From: Camelus dromedarius
Taxonomy: Eukaryota
Assembly: GCF_036321535.1 (NCBI RefSeq)
Contig: NC_087447.1
Location: 32,552,001-32,616,000, forward strand
Length of the DNA: 64,000 bases
Direction of reading: 5' to 3'
A program made the translations under genes and the position numbers. Each line of letters opens with the position of its first letter. Position 1 is the stretch's first letter. Below the pieces are notes generated by a model. That model ran no database searches, was not told where the DNA came from, and saw only the letters and a program-made list of their open reading frames with translations. Shown here in pieces: positions 15,164 to 29,500 of this stretch.

Positions 15164-15802
15164 TGTTGCTGGTGATTAGGTTCTTGTCGCAGAAAGAATT
15201 CTGAGATGAGACACAGAAGCTAAGAAAGTAAAGTGGGGATTTATTAAGGGATGGATAGTACTCTCTGAAGGGGAGAGCGGGCAGGCTCAGGTGAGCAGCT
15301 GTGCTGAGTTTCTTTGGTAAGTTGATTACATAGAATGTAAAAATGAATAAGCAGAATATTCATTGGGGAGGGAAGGGTTTGGGGTCATATTCCCTAATTT
15401 TTATCCCAACTCCACCTTCCCGAAGGGAGAAGGGATTTTTGTCTGGATTTAGTTTGGGTCGGAAGTGTCATGGTGTCGGTGCATGATGGGTACGTCTAAT
15501 CAGCAAGGCTAATTTTATTATAACGAGGGCACAATGAGTAAAAGGTTACACTCAGACACTGGAGATTCCTGCCTTTTCCCCCCTTTCTTAGTTGGCCTCC
15601 AGGGCACTTGTCACCCCAAATTTGTGATTTCTTGTCAGTCCCAAGGATCCTGCTTTTCTCTAGCTGCCCAAGGACCCCTATTGATTACATGATGTGTGGC
15701 TTTCTGCATTTCGCCTATGTCCCTCCTTTTTTGCCCAGTTCCTGCTATTTGGCCTATGTCCCCCTTTCTCCGCTCCTATCTGCCTATCTGCCTGCTCTGA
15801 CA
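15164..15802 (-). mobile_element. ERV1-type solo LTR inserted in an L2 tail
   Basis: TG...CA termini, tttatt (AATAAA on minus) near 15240; flanks read as a continuous L2 3' end; no clean TSD seen. Confidence 0.75.
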
Positions 15803-16079
15803 TCTTGCGCACTGGCCTAGGCAGAGGATGTCATGATTACAATAACAGATGTGAGCCCTGCCTGCCCTCATGTATCTAAGGCCATGAGATTTGTACTTTA
15901 TATCTCAACCTCTCAAATACCTTCTAACTTGCCTTCACCTGCATCATTGGACTGGATCACTCCAATTGTTCTACAGACCTATTTTAATATCTATCTTAAA
16001 AAATACAAAAAACAAACAAAAAATTCTCCCTTTATAACGTATCTCTGTATTTGTGTGTTTCTACAGTTGAATTTCCTAG

Positions 16080-17560
16080 CTCCTCTTCACCTCTCCACTG
16101 TAAGAAGGTTTTTGTTCCCACCATTTCACTGCAACTAGAGCTGTGATATCCATCTTCCCAAACCTATGATGTATTTCTCTTTTATCCTCCTGTTCAACCT
16201 GAGCAGCGTCTGACACCCTTTCTTACAGCACTCTCTTCCCTTGCTCTGTGATTCCATACTCCTCCTGGTTTCCCTCTTACACCTCATCGATTTCTCCTTC
16301 TCAGCCTTCTTAGCTGGCTTCCTTCACTCCACTTGGACTCTAAAAGCTGCAGTTCCACATGGTCTGTAATCCCCTGCCCTTCTTGATTGTGTTCTCTTTT
16401 TGATTGATTTTGTCTAACCTCAGAGCTTAAATACTACCCATATATTGATAACTCCTTGACTTGTATCTCCAGTCCTATTTTTATCCCCAGGGCTCCAGGT
16501 TCCTGTGTTCAGATGTCTGCTCAGCATCTTCATCTGGATATCGACAGACAGGCCAGGCTTAACATTCACATCTAAAGTAGAACTCTGGTCCTTACCTCCT
16601 CACTTTCCCTCAGACCGGCTTCTTCCCCAGTCTTTGTCATAAATGGCACCGCAGTTCACTCAGTTAGCAATTTAGACGTTATCCTTGATGTGTCTCTTTC
16701 CCATTTGCACCTGTTCACATTCAGCTAGTTAACAGGTCCTGTTGGCTTCTCTTCCAAAATATGTTCAAAATATGACCGTTTTTTACCACTTTCTCTACAG
16801 CTGCCCTAGTTATCATCATGTTGACCTTGAGTGATTGCAGTAGGTTCCTATCCAGTTACCCTGCTTCCAAATTGCTCCCTCTAGCCCATTTTCCAGGAGA
16901 CCAGCCAGTGCTCTTTCTCCAATGCAAATCTTGACAGATTCCACAGACTTTCCCCCTTATCCCACAGATGTCTTCCGATTTCAATTACAACAAAATCCAG
17001 GCAGTAGGATGGAGAAAGCAGAAAAGAAGGGTTCATCCCCTCCCTTTTAGGAAGGCCTCCTAACCTAGCACAAGACACTTCTTAGATCTCACTGGCTGCA
17101 GCTTGGTCGTATAGTAACACCTAGCCATGAGAGAGGACAAGAAATACGTTACTTTTTCCTTGGTGGCCATGCACCCACTAAAACTGGAGCTCTGTTGCTA
17201 AGAAGGGAGTAAGTAGTCAGTACTCTGCCTCATTGCTCAAGTGACTCCTCCTCAGGCCGGCTTTTATTGTCACTGTATGTATTTGTCCTTGTTGCTGCCT
17301 TACAACCTTTTGTTTTCTTTAGAACACATCACTACCAGAATTTATCATAGTAATCAGTCTATGTCTATCTATCCTTGTATCACTTAATCTAATCATTCCT
17401 ATAGTCATCTCTTTGAAATCTATTCACATATTTATTGTCTGTCTTTTCTGTTAGATCTAAAGAGTAGGAAGCCAGGGATATTTTATGTCCATTGAATCAC
17501 TATATTCCCAGGACCAGGAGCAATGCCTAGTATTTAACAGGCATTCAGTGAACTTATGCT
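16080..17560 (+). mobile_element. L2 fragments (interrupted by an MLT-like piece ~16980-17230)
   Basis: CT-rich L2 ORF2/3' motifs; ends caatgcctagtatttaacaggcattcagtgaac. Confidence 0.7.
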
Positions 17561-18379
17561 GAAAAAAAAAAAAAAAAAAAAAACTTCCTCTGGGAAGTAA
17601 AAGGTGAAGTTTTTTGGGCACAGGCATGTATGTATATATGGTTAGACGGTTTCAGCCAGGATATCAGAGTTTTAGGAGAACTGGTAATGTTTAAAATGGT
17701 TGGGAAGTATGTGAGAGAAATAAGTAAGTTTTGGGGATAATGTTAAAGATGCACTTGAGAATGGTGATTATGCATTTTATAACTCAAATCTATCTTGTTA
17801 CATGACTTTTACCAGTAGTGCTTTGTTTCTAGGATTCCAGCATGAGAAATGACCAGTAGAGTTGATCTAGTGTTCAGAGTTTAGAATATTGGTAAAAGTA
17901 TTATTAAGATGATGGGCAATTTTAATTTTTTTGGTCATTTTATAAAAGAGAATAAAAGTGATTGTGATAAGTGTTTTAAATAAAAATAATATAAAGGAAA
18001 AATGAGTTAGAAGAGAACCATAACAATACTGAGCATTGATAGTATCTTTTTTGGTATAAAGTGGTCGTGGTGGTGTTTGTTTTGATTTGTGGAATCTCAT
18101 TTAATTTTCATAAGTATATAAGTAAAAATGACCTGTGAAGCTTGCAGAGCATTTGTTGCTATCCCTACCCTGCAAATGAGGATATTACAACGGAAAGAGT
18201 TTCATGGCTTTCCCAAACATGTAAAGGATACTAGAGGAAAAACCTGAACAAGATTGATTCCAAATCTCCTGACTATTCATTTAATGCTTTAAAAGGAAAA
18301 ATAGAAGACATCCTGATGTCTTCCACTCCATTAATTAGCATGGTGTTAATTAATCTGAGGTATTTAAAAATATTTAATT

Positions 18380-18690
18380 ATTAATCTATTTTAAAACAAA
18401 ATAAAAAACCCATATGGTAACATAAATATTTTAATAAAAATAACTCTTCTTTCCACAATAGGGGCATTGTTTTAAATATTTGTAAACCTCTGGATTAGTA
18501 GAAGATAGCTGGATTCTAGTAACTTCTGCATTCATTGTGTTATGATAGCACACATAAAATAGCCTCTGGGAAGATTTCACTGTACACATAAAAAGGACAA
18601 ATAATACATTAGTACAATTAATTAAAAAATTGATTTTGCAAACCCCTGAAATGGTCTCAGGGACCTCCAAGGGGTCTCCAGACTCTGCTA
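18380..18690. mobile_element. hAT-Charlie-like fragment
   Basis: ttgcaaacccctgaaatggtctcagggacctccaaggggtctccagac terminal motif. Confidence 0.5.
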
Positions 18691-21600
18691 TGGATTCCAC
18701 TCCTTTAGGAAGTTTTCCATGGTCTCCCCAGAAAGAATTCAGTCATCTTCAATGTTGTTCCCACAGTTCATTTCTTGCACCTCAAGTTAGTCATAATCCC
18801 ATGATTTTATTTTATAATTGTTGAAAAATCCATTTCCTCTACTTAGCTGTAAACTTACCTGTTTTCTAGCCCCCATCCACCTGATACAGCAGTATGTGCA
18901 TATTAAAATACTCAATTAAAAATAGCATGGTTTGAGCTATGTTAATAATATGGGGAAATGTCAGATTTCATCATGTTTATATTAACTCAAAGGAAGAAAT
19001 GCACAGATGCGTATTTTCTGTTGGGAAATAAGTAACATTGGCTTTAACTCTAGCCATTGACACTAATAAAACCATACCTTTAAGTGGAGTAGTGCCCTGA
19101 ATTTCACATGAATAATGGATGCAAAAATAAATTCATGAAAGGAATAACATGTCATTTGGGAGATGAAAGGTGAGTTTCAGTGTGATAGGAATATCAACTT
19201 CAGGCAGCAAGGTGTGGTCGGAAAAGCATGGGACTTAAAACATACAAATTAGAATCCTATTCTAGCTTTCTCTGAAAATGAGTTTTGTCATTTATGATAT
19301 AGGAATGATAATGACTTCTTCATAGCGTGATTGGGAGTACTCTGGATAGACGTGCACCAGGAATTAAATGCTTCTGCCTGAAAATGACACACTTCTGATC
19401 ATACTTCACTGCTTTTTGTAATCGTATGGCCAAGCCCAACTTAAAGGGGAAGGAGAGGGAAAATCCCCACATGAACCTAAAAGGAGGAGAATGAGAAGTA
19501 TTAGTAAGCAGCCCTCATGTACATACTGACTTAAAAATTAATTGGAGAGACAAATTTAAAAAGATAATAATAATAGACAACAACAGTACTTTTTAAAGCG
19601 TATTTTCCAGAATTCTAGTTTCAGAAGGATGTTGTTAGGTATTCTCAGAATAAGATATCCCTTAGTCAAATGAATTTTGCAAATATTGGAGTATTTAAAG
19701 TTTAAAGGTTTTCTACAGGATTTTACAAAACTCCAATATGCTACAAAATGCATAATGGATTTCCAAAGTGGGAGGTGAGAACTATAGTGTATAGCATATT
19801 TTAATCTTATTGATTGTAGAATCATTTCTTGTTTGTTTAGCTTCTGAGTAATCTTACATTTTGAGAAATGATGACTAAAATGAACTAAAATGTCTGATGA
19901 TTTAGGGAATTTTTTGAACTTGGATGAAAACACAAGGATTCTAAGTTATCAAGGTAATTAATATAAAGGCAGGGTAAGTAGAAGCTTCAATTTGGGGATG
20001 TTCCACCATTGAGGACAGAGTGCTGGTGAATAGAAGGTTTAGACATAAAGTCACTTATTAGAAAGATGACCACTGAGACACTTGCTAAGAAGAAACTGAA
20101 GGCATTGAATGTAGATTGCTGTATGGAGGGTAAGACCACTGGAGCTAGACTAGAGCTCATGGTTTTATCCCAGAGCCAGCGTATGACTAAGGCCAGGTCA
20201 AGTAGTCTGTCTTTCTCTTGATGTAATGATTGTTCTCTTTTATTCTGCTAATAATGCACTGTTAGTGGCCTTGGTAAAGATTTCACGCTAAATGCTATGT
20301 TTCAGGACTGATATCATAAATGTGTGAATGGAGATAAGAAAGTAGTGACTCAGAAGTGGTGTCTCTTTATGGATCTGTACATGGTAGGAAGGTGACAAGG
20401 GGGTCAGTGTGGTGCCTCCTCACAAGCTGGTAGCTTTCTGATTGCCATCAAGAGGATTGCAAATGCCTTCTATTCAGGGTTTGAGGCAAAGAACAATAAT
20501 TGGAGAGTTTTAAACTTGACCGTACTTGCATCAATAAATAAATGACAAAATAGACTCTTGGCCCATAGTATAGACATGTCTGAATCTAAAAATGAGGTTA
20601 TATGGAATCAGATCAGATTTTACTTATACTTGGATTATATCTACAGTTTTTTAAGCATAAATTTGAAAAGTATATATCTTAAAAGATACATTACAAGTAA
20701 AATTCCAGCTACTTCAGCAGTAACTTTTTGAATTTTCATGAGTTATTCCCAAATGACTTGGACTCACTGCTTATAAAGTCCGTGCTTCTAAAATCAGAAC
20801 TTCCATATTTATTTGGATGATTTGGACAAATAATACCTGGTTAATATGTTGTATGAGTGTATTCTCAATGATTCTTCCCCCAGTATTGATAATATTTATT
20901 TTGGCCATCTAGCTTGATGTTATTCAGAGCAACATAGTCTATTTCTTTTAATATTGGTTTCCTCATTCTGAATGCTGGGCACATAGTATCTGAAAATCAA
21001 TTCCTAAAATTCTGATGAACTTTTTCACTTGGATTAAAAACACTTGCTCTAGAGCTCAAAATATGATTTCAAATACAATTTTGTTGGAAATTAGTTTTTC
21101 AATTTTATATTTCAAAGCCATCCATTAGATTTTAGTTTGTTATTGTTGTGCTATGGTGGAATCATACTTATCAATATTCCTTAACTTATACCACAATTTA
21201 TAATTAGGAATGCTCAGTGTTTCTAAACTATGCCTTCCCTTTTGGGAACCTGAGGAAGAAACTTGTTTGCTCTTTTGTTAGACTTCTCATCAGTAGGCAT
21301 TTGAATTGTATATTTTATTTGAGATGGTAGATAAAAAAAATATGTAAATCTAAGAGACATTCACAAATTTATGAAGCACGAGTGTTTAACACTGAGATTT
21401 CCAAACTCCAAAATTTGAATTTCAAAACCTGATGACCACGATAACTTCTAAATGTTTGGATTTCACAATTTTAATATTAATATTAAATATACAACACTGG
21501 CCAACTTATATAAACTGCGATTATTATCTTTAGCGGTCACTTTACTGACACGTCTCTGTTTTCACAGTTGCTCTTAGAGTTGCTATTAGCAGCTACATGA

Positions 21601-22539
21601 GACACTTTTAATTCTTAACTAGTACAAGTCTCATCTCCTCTTCATGTTCTCATGTTCCCAGCTGTTAATGACTTTAGATAAGCCAACTATCTGGTTTCTA
21701 AGTTTACCCAGCCTACCCATTTTGCCTCTAAAGACAGCCGTGCCTGATATGCAATCTCAAATCTCTCTCATGCTATCATTGGATATTCTGATATTTTTTA
21801 AAAAGGCATGAAAATCACTTGAAAAAATGAACTTCTTTACACTATATCATGACAAAAGCTAAATTTCCATAGCAAATTCATTTTAAGAATTAATATAACT
21901 ATTTAGATTGTTTGGTACCAATTCCTCTCGAAATAAGATTTAAGCCTGGAGTAGCGTCATTGGCATTTGTTTTATAGGTTTCTTTTTTCTGTAGTTAGTA
22001 GAATAAGTGCATTCATACTGTTTTTCACATTATATATGTGGTCACAAATCTAAAACCATAGAAAGTTTTGGCCAACTATATTCAGTAATAAAGATAATGT
22101 GATTTTCTAGATATCTCATAATACTCTATTTTTTGTTCTTACTGATATAATTCAGACAAAAGTGTTTAATTAATTGAAACTACATGGCTTTGAGCTAAGA
22201 TGACAATTGGATCTCTTTATATATAATTTGGGAGCTTTTTGCACTGTGTAAAGATAGTTAAAACCAAAAGAGTAAGATGGTATTTTTGCACTCAAAAGGC
22301 TTAGAATCTAATGAGGAATCATTGATCAGATCTGACTCTGACTGAAATAAAATATTCTCAAAGATGATTTCCCCTCCTTTGCTGTAGTCTTAGGCTCACT
22401 GATCAAACTTGTCTTCTATTTACCTTGGTTTCAGGACAGGAGGTGCCTTGAATGGGATCAGGAGCCTCTCCTTCAGAACAGTAAGTCCCTCCCCAGTTTG
22501 CCTCATTGTAGATAAGTGGTGTTTTGGTTTTTAGTAGAA

Positions 22540-23055
22540 TCTTATTTATTTATTTAATTTTAAAATTTACATATGGTAAAAGTCATTTTTTGATGTAGTT
22601 CTGTAAGATTTGGCAAATATACAGTCACCGTGACAATGAAGAAACAGAACAATTTCATCACCTCGGAACCAATAATAAAACCCTGTGTAGTCGATAAAAC
22701 TTTAGCTCACTCCTAACTCCTGGCAACCGTTGGTCTGTTCTACATTCCTTTTCCAGAATGTCACACGCGTGTAATCACATAGCATCCAGCCTGTTGAGTC
22801 TGGCTTCTTTCACTTAGCGTACAGCATTTGTGATTTATCCATACTGTTGCATGCCTCAGCAGTTTTTATCCTGTTCTGTTCCGGTGTAGTGGTTCATGTA
22901 TGGCTAAGCAGTGGCTTTCCCTGTTCCCAACTAGAGGGACATTTGAATTGTTTTCTGTTTTTGGTAGTTAAAAAAGGGCTGCTATAAACATTCGTGTATA
23001 GGTTTTATAGGAACATAGATTTTAATTTCACTTAAGTAAAAACCCAGGAGTGTCT
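22540..23055 (-). mobile_element. Old L1 3' end (L1MC/ME-like)
   Basis: cctttccagaatgtcac...tggcttctttcacttagc...ggacatttgaattgttt. Confidence 0.8.
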
Positions 23056-23344
23056 TTATATTATTAAAAAGTCTTAGCTTAATTGCCACATAGTGCAAAA
23101 AAAAAAACAAAACCTTTCTCTATTACCGTTTCTGAGGCAGGTAGCACATTAATTTCCCCCCTTTTTGTTTCCTTAACAATGTTTATCATAATTTATAATG
23201 ATGTAAATTTAATTGTTTTCTGTATCTCTCACTGAATATAAATGATAATAAGCACCATGAGGGTAAGGATGACGACTGTCTCCTATATTAGTTAACCTCA
23301 GTACTTCGCTGTAATAATGAGTTCATATCAAAGGAATGAATATA

Positions 23345-23420
23345 ATAAAAGAAGGAAAGAAAGAAAGATGGGAAGAAAGAGGGAAGGAAGGAAGAAAATA
23401 AGGAAAGGAAGAAAAGAAGA
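23345..23420. repeat. (GGAA/GAAA)n purine-rich simple repeat
   Basis: Direct reading. Confidence 0.8.
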
Positions 23421-24029
23421 CAATTTGTCAGAATAATGCTGCCACTTGGGGAAATTTGTGGGCTATCCACCAGCGGGCTGGTTGCATATCTCACTCTTTG
23501 TTCACCTAACAGGTCTATATTTTAAAATTCCGTCCTCTTTTCCATCTGTATTTCATGTTATTGTACTAATTAATTTTTCAGTATAATCCTGTAAAATTAC
23601 TTCAAGTATTCCATCTTTTCCATCTTTATATTTTCTAGATTCTATGCTTTTATTCACAATGAACCAAATAATTGTTTTCAGTAAAAGTTCTGTTCAAATG
23701 TCATGTTTTCTATGCAACTTATCAATCCTGCCTCTAACTTATTGTAATATTTCACTTGAACCTTTCCTATAAGAAATCATTTTCTGGTCAATGGTTTCTG
23801 GTCAATGGTCAATGGCTTCCAGAGTAGGAAGGATATATAGCTAGTTCTTTTTCTTTACCCCATAAACTTTATGATGTAGTACCTTAACCAAAGTATGTAT
23901 TCAGTAACTTTTGTTTTAATTCTCCATTCATGTACTGACAAATAAGTAAATGTTAAATACTCCAATTTTCACTGATTTTTTAAGAACTTGGCTTTGAACA
24001 AGGCCCCTTATTTATTTTTTATTTTTAAA

Positions 24030-24254
24030 AATTATTTTAAACTTTTTTTTATTGAGTTATAGTCCTTTTACAATGTTGTGTCAAATTCCAGCATAGAGCA
24101 CAATTTTTCAGTTATACATGAACGTACATACATTCATTGTCACATTCTCCTTTGCTGTGAGCCACCACAAGATCCTGTATATATTTCCCTGTGCTACACA
24201 GTACAATCTTGTTTATCTATTCTACATTTTGAAATCCCAGTCTGTCCCTTCCCA
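24030..24254 (-). mobile_element. Young L1 3' end (same family as 12470-13051)
   Basis: Near-identical gtcaaattccagcatagagcacaatttttcagttatacatg. Confidence 0.9.
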
Positions 24255-26084
24255 TTTTAAATGGAAAATTAATTGTATGATAATTTTATAAGTGACACTT
24301 TATACCTGACACAACATACAATATTACAGCAGGTTATTCCAATCCACTTATTTGCAGAGCATTGTGTATACTACACACATAAACATTAAACATTAGGAAA
24401 ATAAATTGCTTTTTTACTACTTACTTTTTTTCCCTCCTTCTAAGTACCCAGTACTGCAACAATTCTGTCAAAACAAGATGCTTAATTATGGCACCTTTGC
24501 ATTGGGAGGTTATTAATGTAGAGAAAACTGTTGACACATTATAGCTGAGACACAGCAGAGTGAAAAGTTTAATCAGCTATAAAAACACCAATGAGTTAGT
24601 TTCCAAACATGATGGGCCATCACAGGAAAATGATTATTGATGTAATTCTGAAAATAAGGTCTTGGGTGGGGATTCTTGCTGAATAAGGAATGTGGGCTTA
24701 CAGCATTCTGTCCTTTAGGAGAGAGATTGGCTATAAAAAGAAGAGCTTGATGTTCATCTCTCTAACAGAAATCATTTGGTACCATGCCATGGATGGTGAG
24801 CTTGCAAAATGCACAGTGTGAACTCACATATAATATTCCCTTGCCAGGAGTAGGTTCACAGCCAGAACTCAAGGCTTGATGGAAAATACCAAAAGCTCAT
24901 ATATCCATGGAGTATAATCATTATCATCTTTGACTTGCTCTTTGTCTATTAATTATTATACCAATAATGTGAGGTCTACACTTTTTCTTGCCTTGGGTTT
25001 TTGCACTGCTTTTCCCTCCTTCTGGACTATTCTTTCCTTAGATTGTTGCATATATGTGCTCGTCTCATCATTCAGATCTCAGTTAAACGTGACCTAACCA
25101 GGAAGGGCTTCCATGATGGCCATATCTTGTTTATCCCACCCTCCCTAATCTCGCTAGGACACAATGCCCTGTTTGTCTTCTTCATTATCTTTGTCAATCT
25201 CTAGAATTGCTGTTCTTCTGATTATTTGATGACTGTCTTTCTCTCCTACTAAAATGTGAACTCAATACACATAGGATGCTTGTTTGTCTTATTCTCTGCT
25301 ATGCTTCCAATACTGAAATGATGTCTGATGTAGAGTAGTTATTCCATCAATATTGTAGAACAAATAGATGGGCCTTATTTCGTATGCCATCTTTCCCTAG
25401 CATTGTAGAATCAGTCTTCAGCTTATTAAGAGAGATCAATAATGTATCAGACATTTTCCAGCTGAGAAAATCTTATGAAAAGATTCACTGTAAGTTCAGT
25501 CACAAAGTTAACTGTGAAAAGCTGCTGGAGTCCTCAAATTTCAGAAGAAAAGGGACCACCTAAAGAAAAAGGCAGGTGAGAAATTACTATTTATTTATTA
25601 CCATTTATTATTGAGGATCAATTATGCACCAAATAAAATGTTAGGTGTTTTAGACATATTACACACTTACTAATCACCATAATAATAATAATGATGATGA
25701 TAATAAAATTATGGAACACCTACTGTGTGCCCAGCACAATCCTGAAATCTTTCATTTTATTTCATTTTCTCATTAAATCCTCAGCATTAAATGTGTGAGA
25801 TAAGTACTATTATTATCTTCATTTTTATAGTGATGGAAATGGCTTATTGGCAGGTATTCTTTTCTCATTTAAGATTGAAAAACCAACATTAAAAGTGATT
25901 TTCTCAAGGCTACATATCTAGTAAATGATAGAATTTGGATTTGAACCGATGTTTTATAATTCATGCTTTGTTCTTCTCTTGACAAATTTATGTACGTATG
26001 TATATATGTAGTATGCATATATTTAGGTGAGGTCTACCTCTAGTCAAGGATTGTTACTCATCCTTCAGAAGTGACTGATGGAAG

Positions 26085-26560
26085 ATTTCTTCAATAAATG
26101 AAAAATCAATTATTTTCTAAGGGCCTACCCATGTGCCAAAATTGCATTTGTTTTCCCAAGAGTATACAAGTAGCATAATGGACAGGATAAACCACAGAGG
26201 TTTTGCTATGAATGGTAGGGTATAATAAGAATGATCTGAGGAGATTAACTTGACTATGGTGTTGATTGTTAGGTATGTATGTCAACTCAGGAAGGAAGTT
26301 AGGGTAGAAGTGCATGATGCAGACCATTGTCATCAGGAGAGGCTCCATGGATAGGTGGATCTTGGGTTGGGTCTTGAAGGATGGGCAAGAACAAGGAGGA
26401 CAGAGAATATCTCAGAGAGAGAGGGACTAGTGGTAAATAAGGTATGGAGAAAAGGAGCAAGAAGCTAAGCATGCAGTGTGAAGGTATACAGGAGAAGGGA
26501 GAGGCTAACTAGAATGGAACTGAAGATGGGGATCAGAAGTAATAAGTGAGACCAGATTAT
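26085..26560 (-). mobile_element. L2 fragment
   Basis: agggcctacccatgtgccaa; ttgggtcttgaaggatggg. Confidence 0.55.
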
Positions 26561-29500
26561 GCTATTAAATACTCAGCTCCCTTTCCTGCTCTTTTCTACT
26601 GGGGTCTTCTTGGCATGGTTGCTAAAGGCAATGTGCGAAAAGAAAAAGCGTAAAGAGGAAGCTGTCTCCTGCTCCTGTAAGTGGAGCAGATTGACTGTAG
26701 GAGTCTTGAGGAAATGTATACTAAGAGTAGTTTGACAAAAATGAGACCCTCCTGGAGATGCACATTACAGCTAAGGACAAATGGGGTTTCTTCTGTATGA
26801 ACAGGGCAATTTGTCAGTTCCATTCATTGTGCTTCTGATCAGTTTTTTATTTTTATGGTTAATTGCTTAAACATGGGCTTCTGCTTTATTTATGAGCCTA
26901 AAGATTTTTATGTGGACAATGCACTTTCATGGACTAAAAAGACTAAAAAAAATGTCTCACCCTCTAAAATTAATTCTGGCAAGAGAAATCAGTGTGTAAT
27001 GTAAGCTATTTGGGAGGCATTCTATCAACAAGAAAATTTGCTGTTGCCGTTGCTTTAGCATTACGAAGATAAATTGATGTTTACAAGAAAATTATCTTGA
27101 TACACAGAAATTCTGAGTCTTTGCCAAGTATGCTTTATTTTGTTCAGAATTTTAAAAGGCGATTAGTCTGTAATTTATTCAACCAATATTTGATAATTAA
27201 GTCTTTGAGGAGCTAATATGTGTCCTGTATTTTTAATCTATGTTATTTCATTTACTTTTAATACCCTTGTAATTTTACTAAAAAACATTGAGGTTTAGAC
27301 CTTTGGCCAAGGTCACAGATAGTGAGTGAAAAAATTGGAATTTAAGCCTATGTTCTCTGACTCTATGTCTCCTGCTCTTTCTCTCCATAGTATTTCTATT
27401 TTCCAGGATTATGGAAGTCCCCTACCTTGTTGGGTAGGGATATATTTTCCCCTCTTTCCTTCCTTCCCTTCATCCCTCTGTCTTTCTACAGACAACTAGT
27501 GAGATCTAAGTTCCAGGAATTATTCTAGGTGTTGTACACACAAAGAAAATAAGATATTGTCCCTCATCAGGAAGGAGTTACTCATCTACCAGAGGGACTA
27601 GATATTTAAATAATAAATATGATAGAATATTAACAATGCCATAATTGTGTACATTAATGGAGCCAAAGCATCAACTCATTTTGCAGAGAAGAGTCATGAA
27701 AAGCTTCATAGCAAAAGTGACAGTTGAGCTGAGTCTTGAGAGACAAGTAGACATTTTTAAGAAAAACTAGCAACAGGGACAAGTGACATCTTCAGCCCAT
27801 GGAAGAGCACGCATGAAGGGACAGTGCTTTCAGGAAGACTGCAAGCCAAAGCCTCACCTTTGCAAAAGCACGTGAAAAGCAACAAACTTTGCAGGTTTTC
27901 ATAAATCCTCTCTTGGGTAATTAGCTTTCTGGAATATTGCCAAGCAGCAGCAAACTTTCCTTCCTCAGCACTCTTGGGAATATCTGAAATGCAGGACAAA
28001 TATTCTTGCCACCAAACAATATTAACATAGTTAATTTGCATGAAACTCCGTATAACAAAGTCCATATTAAACGCTAAGTGAGTTGATTGCTTTTAGACAC
28101 AGAGTTTCTGGGCAACTTTATTCTAAAAATAACGTTAACCTCATTCACAAACCTAACATTATTCCCTTTACTGAGAAAGTAGTCAAGGCTTACGGGTGCA
28201 CGAGCAGTGTTTGCTGTGTAGCACGAACAGAACCAGGAAGTCCCTTTAATTTAAAAGTTTTTCTTTAGTGCAGCATAACATATTTCTGCATCTGGTTATA
28301 GCACGTTCTTATCTATTCCTTTTCAGCATCTCAAGGAGTCCCAGAACTCCTAGTTTTTATGTTCATTGTCTTGTCAACTGTCTTCTAGGAAAAAGTCTAG
28401 ATTTAGAAACATGAGTCATAATGACCCAACATTATTGTGGAAGAAAAACCTTTGCTTTTAATCTGTTGGTTACTATGTTTTCCCACTGACATTTTCTCCC
28501 TTGGCTAGAGTGTCACTGGATTGTACAGGGCTCTCTCTGCTCATTCTAATGTTACAACCTTGTACAGACACGTTACACACGGAGCCTGCTGAGCTGGTAC
28601 AGGTGTATTCAGCAAGTGTCTCAGCTGTGTCACACCTGCTGTCAGAAACAGCCTCTTATAGAACAGCTGTGTGGGCTTCACACAGTGGGAGACACCAGGG
28701 AAAACTTCTGCATTGGATTAGCCACCTCTAACTGCCTCGTTAGGTTTGATGCCCACAATGAACAGACTGATCTCAATTTAGATAAGATTAAGGTTTTAAA
28801 ACCATTTCTATTGAGCTGCTTTATTTGGCATCTTCTTTCAGAGTGCAGTGTTACAGTGGGTTTAGCTTCTTCTTCTCAAAACATTTTCACTGGCTGTGAT
28901 GGTTTTGGGGCCAGCTTCTCACTGTGACTGCTGAAGCTGCAGGTAATTGCAAGGAAGGTCTGCTGAACTGGGCTTGTGAGCTGTTCTCATGCTCTCTGTG
29001 AATAGCTTGTATGCCTGCTAAACCTTGCTGCTATTGCTTCTCACCAAGTCACAGTTCTAACTAAATACCAATGTGCAGGGAGACAAGAATTTGAAAGAGC
29101 AGGGTCTTGGGCTATGGAGGTTGAGAGATTTAAATTCCAGTTCTTTTTCCAATCTCTTACTAATTATGTGTGACTTGAGACAAATGGCCATGGGTCCATG
29201 ACAATAGAAAAATTGGCTCTGGCTTATTCAAGTTTCCTTTATTTTATCCAAAAGAAAGAAGTAACTGTAGAAGGGAAGGTGATCATTATCATTAGAGATC
29301 CATTTTGTGATCGAGTATTTTAATAGAAGTTGCTCACATCACATAGCACTCAGCTGTGTCCCAGGCATTGTTCTGCTTGCGTAGCCTATGTTAACTCATT
29401 TAATTGTCATAACATATCTGTGAGGAAGACATTATCATCATGCCTATTTTATAGAGGAGGAAATTGAGGCACAGGAAAATTAAACGACAGAAGTTGTATT

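Noticed and set aside
23780..23816. Short tandem duplications (tttctggtcaatgg here; similar at ~8038 and ~37786)
   Set aside because: Ordinary replication-slippage duplications.
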